Shown: piece by piece, positions 16,948 through 26,336 of the stretch
Layout: each line of letters starts with the position of its first letter
Position numbering within the stretch: position 1 is the first letter of the stretch
Assembly (NCBI GenBank): GCA_965656375.1
Contig: CBFHKH010000001.1
Coordinates: forward strand, 409,319 to 473,318
DNA from: Minisyncoccia bacterium
GTDB taxonomy: Bacteria; Patescibacteriota; Minisyncoccia; Phycocordibacterales; UBA9973
Direction: 5' to 3'
DNA length: 64,000 nt
Made by a program: the position numbers and the translations under genes
The notes under the pieces: generated by a model
Told to the model about the DNA's origin: nothing
Seen by the model: the letters and a program-made list of their open reading frames with translations, nothing else
Database searches by the model: none

Positions 16948-18858
16948 TTATTCTACCACGCGTTCGTTGCCAGGCTCAAAGCTTGCGTCACTGATAAGCT
17001 GTGTAGTGATCGGTCCGCGAGAATTCTTGATCACAGTACCAGTGAATGAATCCGTACCAGTCAGATACACATTCTTCATGAGTTGCGGTACCGACCCTAT
17101 CTGCGAGAGAGATGGTTTGAGCGCAATGATGAAGGAAACCTCGCGATTCGTATTTACACCGGTGTTGGGCATAACAGTACCGATATTCCAGATTACTTCA
17201 CGTGTCGTAGCATTGTAAGAAACTTTTTCAATCGATCCTGATTCAAGCTGTGTTCCTACCCACGATACGTATATCGGAAGTGCGGAACGTGCTTCAGCTT
17301 TATTTACTGTATTAGCAGAGTTTGCAAGCGTCCATGTTACCTTGTATCTCGTTTCAGTTTCTGCTTTTGGTGGAAGTGCACCGGATGAATAGCTTGCCGA
17401 TGAGGCAATCTGAAGATCAGAGACAATCTTTACGACTTTCTTTGCAAAGTTATTTACATCACTAAATGTCGATCCGATAGAAGGCTGGCTTCCTTTAATG
17501 CTGACATCGAGAACAACTTCAGGATCCTTGAGCGTATAGATCGATCCGACAAGAGAAACTGGTTTGAAGCTAAAGCTCACCGTACCACTTTGTCCCGGTT
17601 CAACACTTGCAAAGTCAGAAACGGTGTTTTTATCCCAGACGATTCTGCTGTTTGTGGAATCGTAGAATCCTTCGAGCGGATTAACCTCGCTTCGATTGAA
17701 TGCATTCCCGGAAAGATTGGCAATTATTTGCACATCAGCGATTCGAGTCGAGAGATTATTGACCCATGTGATTTGTGCGTTTACGGTCTCGCCTCCCGAA
17801 GCAGTATAGGTAGACAGATCTTGCCCGTTCACCAAGACTTTCGCTTCGAGGAATGGCTTTGTAATTGTCATAGTTTGAAGGAGCGACGTATATACAACCT
17901 TCACTGTCGAAGCATCAGTCGGATTTGTGGTTCCAGCATACACATGAAATACTTGCTCATCTCCATCCTGGCCAATGAGACGACCTTCTACCTTTATCGT
18001 TACTGGTGTTGTTTGCGTTAGACCTTCGAGACTCCAGACAGATTGCCCAACAGATGGAGCTGGAGTCGCAGTATCAAATACGAAATTAGTCGGGTACACA
18101 ATCTGAAGCATTGTCTTATCTTGTGTTGGAAGCGTGGTATTGAGTGATGCAGTAACAGTAAATGATACGAGCTGATTGGCAGTGGCTTCTGTTGGAGCAT
18201 CAATGCGTAGCGAGAGAGGGGCTGAACTTATCGTAACTGGATATTCTTTTGATTTCGTGAAGATGGCATTTGATCCTTCAGGATGGTATTCGAGACTGAT
18301 CTTTACATTGCGAACAAGCTTCTCGTCCCCAAAGAGTGTGACTTTTACATTGCGAGTGATACTCTGCCCTTTTTGGATAGTACCGATAGCTTCGCGAGGA
18401 AGACGAATAACTTCATTCGGATTGTCATTTGCACCGCGTGGATATTCGATCAGAAGATCAGCAAGCTCGAGGCTCGCGTTGTTACGGTTTGTGATCTCGA
18501 TCTGAAGCGGAAGCTCTTCACCCCCCTTTGCAAATGCGTTGCCTAAGACAGTGATGTCGATATTGTCATTCGACACTGATACACCGCCCGTACTATACAT
18601 ATACACTGCGAATCCTACTGCACACACAAAAAAGACAACCGCTCCTATGAAGAATTTCTTTAGAAGTGATGTTCGTGGCTTTTTTACTGTCGTCATGGAT
18701 GATGTTACATCTGGCTTGGATTCACTTTTCCATTCTTTTTCTACTTTGAAATTCTGAGGGTGAAGCACTCCAGTACTGCGATGGTCAGCAGTGGTATCTT
18801 TTGGATCATAGAGACGGCGTTTTATCTCTTCGATCCTGTTATGTTCATTCTCTGCCAT
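16948..18858 (-). CDS. Single-pass membrane protein with extracellular Ig-like (DUF11-like) domains
   Basis: TM helix FFIGAVVFFVCAVGFAVYMY followed by beta-rich repeats; start MAENEH follows a TGcTATAAT box. Confidence 0.75.
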   Translation of the reverse strand: MAENEHNRIEEIKRRLYDPKDTTADHRSTGVLHPQNFKVEKEWKSESKPDVTSSMTTVKKPRTSLLKKFFIGAVVFFVCAVGFAVYMYSTGGVSVSNDNIDITVLGNAFAKGGEELPLQIEITNRNNASLELADLLIEYPRGANDNPNEVIRLPREAIGTIQKGQSITRNVKVTLFGDEKLVRNVKISLEYHPEGSNAIFTKSKEYPVTISSAPLSLRIDAPTEATANQLVSFTVTASLNTTLPTQDKTMLQIVYPTNFVFDTATPAPSVGQSVWSLEGLTQTTPVTIKVEGRLIGQDGDEQVFHVYAGTTNPTDASTVKVVYTSLLQTMTITKPFLEAKVLVNGQDLSTYTASGGETVNAQITWVNNLSTRIADVQIIANLSGNAFNRSEVNPLEGFYDSTNSRIVWDKNTVSDFASVEPGQSGTVSFSFKPVSLVGSIYTLKDPEVVLDVSIKGSQPSIGSTFSDVNNFAKKVVKIVSDLQIASSASYSSGALPPKAETETRYKVTWTLANSANTVNKAEARSALPIYVSWVGTQLESGSIEKVSYNATTREVIWNIGTVMPNTGVNTNREVSFIIALKPSLSQIGSVPQLMKNVYLTGTDSFTGTVIKNSRGPITTQLISDASFEPGNERVVE

Positions 18859-18884
18859 ATAAGAAGTATTATAGCACAAGAATA

Positions 18885-19469
18885 TTAAAGTTGGCTTTCG
18901 TTTAGGGCTTTGTTTATATGGGCGATTATGGATTGGCGTTCGCGAAGAAGCGATTCTATTCCTACACTCGCAAAGTCAGATTCCAAGTATTCTTTCAGAA
19001 TATCAGAGTCACCTATATACCCGAGTGTGTTCATAATCCGAAGGACGAGATGAAGCTCGAGCGCTGTACGAGTTTCGGGTGCGGTAGCAGTGTCATCGAG
19101 GATAGTGAGAGCCTGTATAAAGTCGTGGAATATGCTTTCATGCGCTTCCTCTCCATCGCAAAGGCGTTCGAGCAATTTACTAATACGAGCAATGAGAAGA
19201 AGTGAATCTCTATTAGAACGGGCATATGGAAAAGAGCTGATTGTAGTTGCCGAAGTTATTCGCCAAATGTCGCGACCGCGAACAAGATCGATTCGTGCAT
19301 ATGAAAAATCCTGTAATGCAAAGCGAAGCTTTGACTTATTAAGTCGTACTCCTTGCGCAACTGCGCGGACAAGTCCCATCTCTTTTGTATAGATAGTAAA
19401 AAGCTTGTTCGCTTCACCTCTCGGCCGCGAACTCGTAATAAACCCATGTGTGTGGTAAATATGGTGCAT
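18885..19469 (-). CDS. recO: DNA repair protein RecO (short form)
   Basis: GEANKLFTIYTKEMGLVRAVAQGVR..KSKL RecO N-terminal OB motif. Confidence 0.88.
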   Translation of the reverse strand: MHHIYHTHGFITSSRPRGEANKLFTIYTKEMGLVRAVAQGVRLNKSKLRFALQDFSYARIDLVRGRDIWRITSATTISSFPYARSNRDSLLLIARISKLLERLCDGEEAHESIFHDFIQALTILDDTATAPETRTALELHLVLRIMNTLGYIGDSDILKEYLESDFASVGIESLLRERQSIIAHINKALNESQL

Positions 19470-20050
19470 TATTTTTCCATCATTCTTAGTAATGTATCTA
19501 ACGCTTCAGGTAATTTATACCATCCACTTTCATCATTTAAATGACCTCCACCATGAATAACTATAAGTGGACATGAGAGGAGTTCACTTACTTCTTTCGC
19601 TTGTGCCAAAGGAACAAGTCCATCATTATCTGCATGTATAAGAGCGATCGCATTAGAAACTTTTTTCACATGGGAAAAATCAAATGGTCGATTAAAAAAA
19701 TTTCGCAATATAAACCATTTTGCTAAACCTGCGACATTCTTTATTGCGATCTTTTTAGGGGAAGATACGAGAACAATACCACCAATTTTTGAAGAGAGTG
19801 GAAGTGATTCAAGATAGCGCAGAACTGCTGGTCCTCCTAAACTATGTCCAATGAGAAAAGTATCTGGAGTGGGTTCACCGACCGCATTCTTGATAGTTTT
19901 TACCCATTCTTTTTCTTTTGGAAAGTTAGAGTTTGGCATAGAGAGGAGTTCTACTGCTACCCCACTCTTTTCGAGTTCAGTTTTTAACCACGGCCTCCAT
20001 CCCCCTTCAGGCATTCCCTGAAACCCGTGTATCATAATTACCTTTTTCAT
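19469..20050 (-). CDS. RBBP9/YdeN family alpha/beta hydrolase
   Basis: IHG, W.PWL, GHSLG nucleophile, D.LVP, GGH; start reassigned to MKKVIM. Confidence 0.9.
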   Translation of the reverse strand: MKKVIMIHGFQGMPEGGWRPWLKTELEKSGVAVELLSMPNSNFPKEKEWVKTIKNAVGEPTPDTFLIGHSLGGPAVLRYLESLPLSSKIGGIVLVSSPKKIAIKNVAGLAKWFILRNFFNRPFDFSHVKKVSNAIALIHADNDGLVPLAQAKEVSELLSCPLIVIHGGGHLNDESGWYKLPEALDTLLRMMEK

Positions 20051-20484
20051 ATATCCTCTGAAGTAAGAATTAATTTTCCTTCTGGTCCAGTCCAGTCTGT
20101 GTATCGCCACCATGTTGGAGTGAAGGAAAATACAACGTCAGAAGATGGGTCATAAGCTTTCTTAGATTTCTCAGGGAATTTACCGTAGTAGACAGTATCG
20201 AATAGACCTTTTTCCTCTGCCTTGATCAAAACAGCTTCGCCATCTAGCTGAAGTGTTTTCATATTATTTTCATCAAAGCCAATTACTATTGAAGCACGTG
20301 ATTTCTCTTTGCCGAAAAGTGGTTCAGATTTACGATAGGAACGAGAGGTTTTGAAGAAAAAAGTAAGAGAGTCCTCATCAAACGCAAAATGCAATGTCGA
20401 AGCATGAGGTGAACCATCAATCATTTCAATAGAAAAAACACATATTCTCTGACTTTGTATAAAATCAATAATTTTCTTTTCCAT
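20047..20484 (-). CDS. Pyridoxamine 5'-phosphate oxidase-like FMN-binding protein
   Basis: DGSPHAS, FFKTSRSYRK, TLQLDGEA split-barrel pattern. Confidence 0.8.
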   Translation of the reverse strand: MEKKIIDFIQSQRICVFSIEMIDGSPHASTLHFAFDEDSLTFFFKTSRSYRKSEPLFGKEKSRASIVIGFDENNMKTLQLDGEAVLIKAEEKGLFDTVYYGKFPEKSKKAYDPSSDVVFSFTPTWWRYTDWTGPEGKLILTSEDI

Positions 20485-20485
20485 A

Positions 20486-21127
20486 TTATAAATCTTCTTC
20501 TTTTCCTATCTCGAGAACTTTAAATTCAATACCATTCTTTGAGAGTACAGTTTTGGGTAAGTTGTATATAGGTCCAGGCTTATCTTCTTTTATCATTCCA
20601 TCATGAACTGGGAAACAAACTCTTGGTTTCAATTGTAAAGTGTACTCTATAGCATTTTTAATTTTCATCCATGGACCAGCGACAGGTAACGCAAGTATTT
20701 CTACTGCTTTTTTTGGATTTGTAAAAGCATCACCTGGATAGAAAAATTTACTATCTATAAAATAACCAGTATTTTGAACCTGCCCAAATTCTTCATAAAC
20801 CTCAGCATGCGTATCACCATACCCTTCAAATTTGACTCCATTAAATTCACCACTTTGTCCTTCTTCTAAGTTTTCATATTTGATTCCAGCTTCATCCAAA
20901 ATCGTACCTACTGCAGTATTTGTGATTATTGTTACGTCTTTATTATTTTCTAAAATTTTCTTCAGAGAATCTACGTGTAGGTGATCTTGGTGTTCATGGG
21001 TAATAAGAATGATATCGATATTTCTTTCTTCAATTTGGAGTGTAGAATAAGAACCCGGATCAGTCATGATCCGTTTACCATTGATCTCGATGATCAAACA
21101 GCAGTGGCCTAGTTTCTTTATCTTCAT
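20486..21127 (-). CDS. Metallo-beta-lactamase fold hydrolase
   Basis: GHCC, TDPG, ITHEHQDH, PGD, FPVHD. Confidence 0.92.
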   Translation of the reverse strand: MKIKKLGHCCLIIEINGKRIMTDPGSYSTLQIEERNIDIILITHEHQDHLHVDSLKKILENNKDVTIITNTAVGTILDEAGIKYENLEEGQSGEFNGVKFEGYGDTHAEVYEEFGQVQNTGYFIDSKFFYPGDAFTNPKKAVEILALPVAGPWMKIKNAIEYTLQLKPRVCFPVHDGMIKEDKPGPIYNLPKTVLSKNGIEFKVLEIGKEEDL

Positions 21128-21131
21128 CCCT

Positions 21132-21563
21132 CTATTTTACCATATTTAGGTATTTTTGTGCTTTTTCTAGGGTCTCTTTACGAGTGCTAAAAGTAAACAA
21201 TTCCAAGGCTTCTTCGTACGTTGCCCATTTGTAGTTAGATATTTCACTATTGTCTATATCTACATCTTTATTATCCACAAAGCCCATGAAGTGTTCATTC
21301 ACTTTGAGCTTTCTTTCTCCATCACGAGAGATCTCATATTCTTCATAGATAAGAGGAATATCGAGCAAATCGATTTTAGATATTCCTGTTTCTTCTTTCA
21401 GTTCCCGTAACGCTGTTTCTTTTGGTGACTCACTCCCTTCATGATGCCCTTTGGGGAACGTCCACCAACTCGGGGTATTGTTGTATGTCTGCTGTAAGAT
21501 CAGGAAGAGATTTTGCTCTCCTTTGTATACAACAATAACTCCATAGCATTGTTCTTTTGGCAT
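21132..21563 (-). CDS. Nudix hydrolase, Ap4A hydrolase-like
   Basis: WTFPKGHHEGSESPKETALRELKEETG Nudix box. Confidence 0.88.
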   Translation of the reverse strand: MPKEQCYGVIVVYKGEQNLFLILQQTYNNTPSWWTFPKGHHEGSESPKETALRELKEETGISKIDLLDIPLIYEEYEISRDGERKLKVNEHFMGFVDNKDVDIDNSEISNYKWATYEEALELFTFSTRKETLEKAQKYLNMVK

Positions 21564-24500
21564 TACTTTAAAAGTTTAACCTTAAATTCTAATTCATCGA
21601 TCTTGATCTCGATTCCGTTTGTCTTCCCTATCGCTACATCTTTTGCCCCAACAATTTTCATAAGTTCATCTTTAAATGTATTTACTATATCTTTGCCTTG
21701 GTCACTCGTCTCAATTTCAAGTGTGATAACATCGCTTGGATTTAATCCTTCTTTCTTGCGCATATCTTGAATTGCACGAACAAGTTCACGATACTGACCT
21801 TCTTTCTTGAGTTCAGGAGTAATTTCTAATTCCATGCTAATTTCGGTCATAGTTAAATTTTCAATTTCAGTTATTTCTACGTCCTTTATATTTAACTCGT
21901 CTTTAATTATGGAAAGATAATTCTCTGTTTTAGGAAAACCAATGCTGGAGTTTATTCTCACATTTGCTTTATTTAATGGTTGTCTAACTTTTATTTTATT
22001 TTTTTGTCTATTTTCAAGACCTAGAGTAATAACCATTCTCACAAATTCCATATTTTGAATAACATTCCCGCCCATTTCTAGTACTTTAGGCCATTCTACA
22101 AGATGCACACTTTCTTGATCAGAATCATTCTTCAACTTCTGCCAAATATCTTCCGCTGCAAATGGTGCAAACGGTGCCATAATTTTTGTAAGGGTCTTGA
22201 GCACAAAGTAAAGCGTTCGCTTTGCATCTCTATCATCATCTTTCAGGCGATCGCGTGAACGACGTACATACCAAGTAGAGAGTTCATCGATAAATTCTCG
22301 AATACCCCGTACAGGCTCGAGAAGCTTGTAGGTATCCATATGCTTTGTCGCATCTGTAATGAGCATATTAAGTCTTGCTAGTATCCACTGATCAAGAATA
22401 TTTGCGCTTTCAGGATTCGAATTTTCATTTTCGATTTCTTTGTCTCGATAGAGTTCATAGAATGCGAGCACATTGTAGAGCAAATTGAATACCTGCTGGT
22501 GAAGTAGCGAAACAGTTTTTTCATCGAAGTTCTTTGATTCACCTGGCTGATTCACCGAATACATCCACAGACGAAGCGTGTCCACGCCATATTTTTCCAT
22601 CATGAGCCATGGGTCAACGATATTGCCTTGGGATTTCGACATTTTTTTACCTTTCTCATCGAGAATATGACCAAGACAAATAACATTTGTATATGCTTTG
22701 CCCCGCTCCATAAGTACGCCGATCGCATGGAGTGTATAGAACCATCCACGAGTCTGATCGATAGCTTCACAGATAAAGTCTGCAGGGAATCCTTTTCTAT
22801 CAATCCATTCCTTATTTTCAAATGGATAGTGATCCTGTGCAAATGGCATAGCTCCAGAATCGAACCATACATCCATCACCTCTTTGACTCGCACCATCTC
22901 TTCACCATCGGATCCGATGAGCGTTACTTGGTCGATATATGGCTTGTGGAAGTCGAGTTCGTATTCTTCATTGTGTGGAATCGGAACAAATGGCAATTCT
23001 CGGACTTCAGCATTGCTAAATCTTTTGAAATCAGAAACGAACACATGAGTATTTGCAACTTGGTAATCTTTACCCTTTGGAGTGAATAACCCTGCATTGA
23101 CGTAGCACACCCAGGCAGGTCCACCGTGAGTAACAATGAGAATATTCTTTCCTTTATATTTTTCTTCGAGCTCATAGAGGACCGCAGCTGTTCGCTTCTG
23201 TACATCTTTAAGAGATTCCCCACCGCCAATATGCTCAGTAAACCACCCTGGTCCCCCATGCTTGTATACATAGTCATGATATTCGTTCCAATTCTTGCCA
23301 TCAAAATCGCCGGGATTGATCTCAACCAATCGGTCATCGTATATAATTGCGCTCTTGTCTATCCCAATATTCTCAGCGACGAGTTCTGCGGTCTCGCGAG
23401 TACGAGTAAATGAAGATGCGATAATGATATCTATATTCTTGTGTTTGAGATCATGTTCTGCAGTTTTGATAACTCCTTCTCTACCTGCCTCTGTCAGGTT
23501 GTCATCAACTTGTAGTTTGTAACTCACGAGTTCATGGGCATTGCCTTCTGTTCCTCCATGACGCATGACAAAATATTTGTTACCGGACTTCTTTGTCTTT
23601 TCTTTGAGCTCATCCAAGCTTCCAATAACTAGAAATGTACCATCTGCCTTCTGCCAGATCGGAAGTGGTGTACCCCAATATCGCTCACGAGAGATTGCCC
23701 AGTCTTTAATGTCTTTGAGCCATTCGCCAAAGCGTCCCACGCGAATATGTGACGGCTCCCAATTGATGGATTTATTTTGCTCGATTAATTCTTGCTTTAC
23801 ATGCTCATTCGACATGCGGATATACCATGAATCACGTGCATAGTAGATGAGCGGAGTTTTACAACGCCAACAGTGTGGATATGAGTGCTCGTATTTTTCC
23901 TTCTTGAACAGGAGTCCTCGATGTGCCAAGTTTTTGATGATATCGACGGCGACATCTTCGTCTTTGACAAATCGTTTAGAGAGGAAGTCCGTCCCTTCGA
24001 TAAAGTGCCCAGATGCATCGACGGTATGGAATTTTGGAAGCCCGATTTTCGTTCCAAGATCAAAGTCATCAGCACCATACATCACTGCTGTATGTACGAT
24101 ACCCGTCCCATCTTCGGTATTCACGAAATCCGCTTCGTAGACTTTGTATGCTTCTTTCAATCGTGGGTCGTCCTTACCAAGCTCTGCTAAATATGGATAC
24201 AATGGTTCATATTCCATACCTACCATCTCAGACCCTTTATGTTCTGCTACAATTTCATAATTCTCTGTAACTATAGAGAGTCTTTCTTTTGCAAGGACAA
24301 GAATTTCTTCTCCAACTTTTACTTCTACATACACAATATCTTTCCCAACAGCGAGAGCGACATTACCAGGTAGTGTCCATGGTGTTGTCGTCCAGGCGAG
24401 AAAGTATCCATTATCGCTAAAGTTTCCTTTTGCTTTGATTTTGAATTTTGCCGTTACAGAGAGATCCTTCACATCTTCATATCCTTGAGCAAGCTCGTGT

Positions 24501-25075
24501 GATGAAAGCGCAGTACCACAACGTGGACACCACGGTACGACTTTGTAATCTTTATAAAGAAGATTCCTCTTCTGTACTTCTTTGAGCACATTCCATACTG
24601 ATTCAATATATTCATTGTGATAGGTCACATACGGATTCTCCTGGTCTACCCAGTAGCCAATACGCTTTGTGAATTTATTCCAAATATCGAGATATTCCCA
24701 TACAGATTCCTTGCATTCCTTGTTGAATGCTGCGATGCCATACTCCTCGATTGCTTTCTTTGAATCAAGTCCGAGCTTCTTTTCTACTTGAAGTTCCACA
24801 GGCAGACCATGAGTATCCCAGCCTCCCTTGCGACGAACATGATATCCACGCATTGTCTTGTATCGTGGAATTGCATCCTTGAACGCACGTGCTTCGAGGT
24901 GGTGGATTCCTGGCTTGCCATTGGCAGTTGGTGGGCCCTCGTAGAATACGAATTCCTTTTTGCCCTCGGACTGAGAAAGAGATTTTGCGAAAATATTATT
25001 CTCTTTCCAGAATTCCAAGATCCGCTCTTCTCGAGCGGAAGCTTCACTATTTTTGTTTTCTTTTTCTTTATCCAT
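21563..25075 (-). CDS. ileS: Isoleucine--tRNA ligase (type 2) with inserted histidine-phosphatase domain
   Basis: FYEGPPTANG, GWDTHGLPVE, WTTTPWTLP, WAISRERYWGTP, KMSKS; insert with MRHG...VTHGG. Confidence 0.96.
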   Translation of the reverse strand: MDKEKENKNSEASAREERILEFWKENNIFAKSLSQSEGKKEFVFYEGPPTANGKPGIHHLEARAFKDAIPRYKTMRGYHVRRKGGWDTHGLPVELQVEKKLGLDSKKAIEEYGIAAFNKECKESVWEYLDIWNKFTKRIGYWVDQENPYVTYHNEYIESVWNVLKEVQKRNLLYKDYKVVPWCPRCGTALSSHELAQGYEDVKDLSVTAKFKIKAKGNFSDNGYFLAWTTTPWTLPGNVALAVGKDIVYVEVKVGEEILVLAKERLSIVTENYEIVAEHKGSEMVGMEYEPLYPYLAELGKDDPRLKEAYKVYEADFVNTEDGTGIVHTAVMYGADDFDLGTKIGLPKFHTVDASGHFIEGTDFLSKRFVKDEDVAVDIIKNLAHRGLLFKKEKYEHSYPHCWRCKTPLIYYARDSWYIRMSNEHVKQELIEQNKSINWEPSHIRVGRFGEWLKDIKDWAISRERYWGTPLPIWQKADGTFLVIGSLDELKEKTKKSGNKYFVMRHGGTEGNAHELVSYKLQVDDNLTEAGREGVIKTAEHDLKHKNIDIIIASSFTRTRETAELVAENIGIDKSAIIYDDRLVEINPGDFDGKNWNEYHDYVYKHGGPGWFTEHIGGGESLKDVQKRTAAVLYELEEKYKGKNILIVTHGGPAWVCYVNAGLFTPKGKDYQVANTHVFVSDFKRFSNAEVRELPFVPIPHNEEYELDFHKPYIDQVTLIGSDGEEMVRVKEVMDVWFDSGAMPFAQDHYPFENKEWIDRKGFPADFICEAIDQTRGWFYTLHAIGVLMERGKAYTNVICLGHILDEKGKKMSKSQGNIVDPWLMMEKYGVDTLRLWMYSVNQPGESKNFDEKTVSLLHQQVFNLLYNVLAFYELYRDKEIENENSNPESANILDQWILARLNMLITDATKHMDTYKLLEPVRGIREFIDELSTWYVRRSRDRLKDDDRDAKRTLYFVLKTLTKIMAPFAPFAAEDIWQKLKNDSDQESVHLVEWPKVLEMGGNVIQNMEFVRMVITLGLENRQKNKIKVRQPLNKANVRINSSIGFPKTENYLSIIKDELNIKDVEITEIENLTMTEISMELEITPELKKEGQYRELVRAIQDMRKKEGLNPSDVITLEIETSDQGKDIVNTFKDELMKIVGAKDVAIGKTNGIEIKIDELEFKVKLLK

Positions 25076-25090
25076 AGTGTTATAAAATCC

Positions 25091-25164
25091 CGCAAATTAT
25101 ATTCTTTCCTCGGGTCCTCGGGTTGGTTCACCAGACCGGCTCGGAAATAAAATAATTTGCTCGA
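25091..25164 (-). repeat. Hairpin element copy A (short, inverted)
   Basis: Minus strand GAGCAAATTATTTTAT..GTCTGG..CCGAGGAC..AGAATATAATTTGCG shares all conserved blocks with copies B and C. Confidence 0.7.
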
Positions 25165-25195
25165 TTTCTTTTCTTATAACTTGCTTCAATGAATG

Positions 25196-25289
25196 GAGCG
25201 AATTATTTTATGAAAAACAGTCTGGCCTCGCTCCGCTCCCGAATTTAGTGCGAGGAGATCCGAGGACTTTTTTCAGAATATAATTCGCG
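25196..25289 (+). repeat. Hairpin element copy B
   Basis: ~90 nt imperfect palindrome, nearly identical to 38961..39050 outside the apical loop. Confidence 0.88.
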
Positions 25290-25304
25290 TAATGACCATA
25301 ATAA

Positions 25305-25457
25305 TTAAAACTCGTCCACGTACAACAATTAAATAATTGCTATACAAGGACGAGTTTCACTTCGTGGTACCACCTTGTTTACTTCTCATTTGTAGGGCTC
25401 TACTCCCCCGTAAGGGTTTCTTCCCAAAGCTCCAGGGTGATAGCCCTTTCACTGCTT
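25305..25457 (-). promoter_or_regulatory. T-box riboswitch (Ile), ultrashort Stem I, with terminator-like hairpin
   Basis: T-box AAGG-UGGUACC-ACG...CGU-CCUU antiterminator; AUC specifier in apical loop of 31 nt Stem I; Stem II with GAA/AGUA; competing hairpin AAACUCGUCC/GGACGAGUUUU; upstream of ileS. Confidence 0.9.
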
Positions 25458-25465
25458 ATACTTTA

Positions 25466-25494
25466 AGAATACAATCAAAAAGCGAATTTTGCAA
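25466..25494 (-). promoter_or_regulatory. Sigma70 promoter of T-box/ileS
   Basis: TTGCAA-N17-TATTCT ending 8 nt before Stem I. Confidence 0.75.
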
Positions 25495-25534
25495 TACGGC
25501 TTGCATTTTAATGAAAAGTGAGTAGGATACTAGC

Positions 25535-25716
25535 ATACGTTGTACATTCCGCTTTGTGTTTAGCTACTAGGGGTAATACCCTATCACTGATTACTTGTCG
25601 GGCCCACTTAAACGTCTCACCCGAGTATCTAACCTGTGATCAGACAGATAAACACACTGGTACAACTACTCAATATATAAAAAGCTCCCCGATCCATACA
25701 AAGGGGGCTTTTTTTT
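25535..25716 (+). ncRNA. Candidate standalone structured ncRNA (6S-like size)
   Basis: TTGCAT-N16-TAGGAT upstream; nested stems GUUGUAC/GUACAAC, UGUGUUUA/UAAACACA, CUGAUUAC/GUGAUCAG, UCGGG/CCCGA; own terminator AAGCUCCC/GGGGGCUU plus U-run; no credible ORF. Confidence 0.62.
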
Positions 25717-25734
25717 ATTAACATCTTGCACATA

Positions 25735-25766
25735 AAAATGCCATCGGTTATAACCGATGGCATTTT
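25735..25766 (-). terminator. Intrinsic terminator (perfect 32 bp palindrome)
   Basis: aaaatgccatcggttataaccgatggcatttt downstream of 25784..26275. Confidence 0.8.
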
Positions 25767-25783
25767 ATCATTCGAAAAAAGCA

Positions 25784-26275
25784 CTACTTAAAAATATCTT
25801 TAAAAGCTATGAAAAACTTTTGCCATTTTATACGCTTCTCTGCAAGCGTACCAATACCACCTTCAAGCAGGTATGGCCTGAGCCACAGTTTATCTTTCGC
25901 ATCCTTATAGATCTCTTCTTCCAAGGCAACAATTGCTGCCAGAAAAGAATACGGACCTCCAGGCCACAAAAGTTTCATCAGTGCTTCGTTTGGCACTATA
26001 TCGAAATTTGTTGACACTGAAAGTATCCCCGATCCCTGGGGACCAACTTTTACTACCAAATTAAAGCCACGTAATTGGCCAGGTGTTTGGAGGCCGTAGA
26101 ACGTGAGGGCAAGGTTGTGCTTGTCTTCAGTTACAGCTACATACGCTGTATCTTTCTTTTTTTCCCACGCTGTAAGGTAGAAATGAAGAGGTTCTTTTTC
26201 ACGCTCAGGATATACCGTAAGAGCGCCTTCCTTGTTTTGGGCAAGGGCGAATGTGTTTACTACGTAATTTTTCAT
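25784..26275 (-). CDS. Hypothetical protein
   Basis: 163 aa ORF followed by terminator; no recognised motif. Confidence 0.6.
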   Translation of the reverse strand: MKNYVVNTFALAQNKEGALTVYPEREKEPLHFYLTAWEKKKDTAYVAVTEDKHNLALTFYGLQTPGQLRGFNLVVKVGPQGSGILSVSTNFDIVPNEALMKLLWPGGPYSFLAAIVALEEEIYKDAKDKLWLRPYLLEGGIGTLAEKRIKWQKFFIAFKDIFK

Positions 26276-26336
26276 CTTTTAAAATTTTAAATTTCCTGTA
26301 GTATAACAGGTTATTTTAAAAAGTATAGAGATGAAA

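Noticed and set aside
25518-25721. 67 aa plus-strand ORF (and 25337..25525) in the ileS upstream region
   Set aside because: Non-ATG starts, no protein features, overlap promoters, T-box and terminator; RNA structure explains the region better
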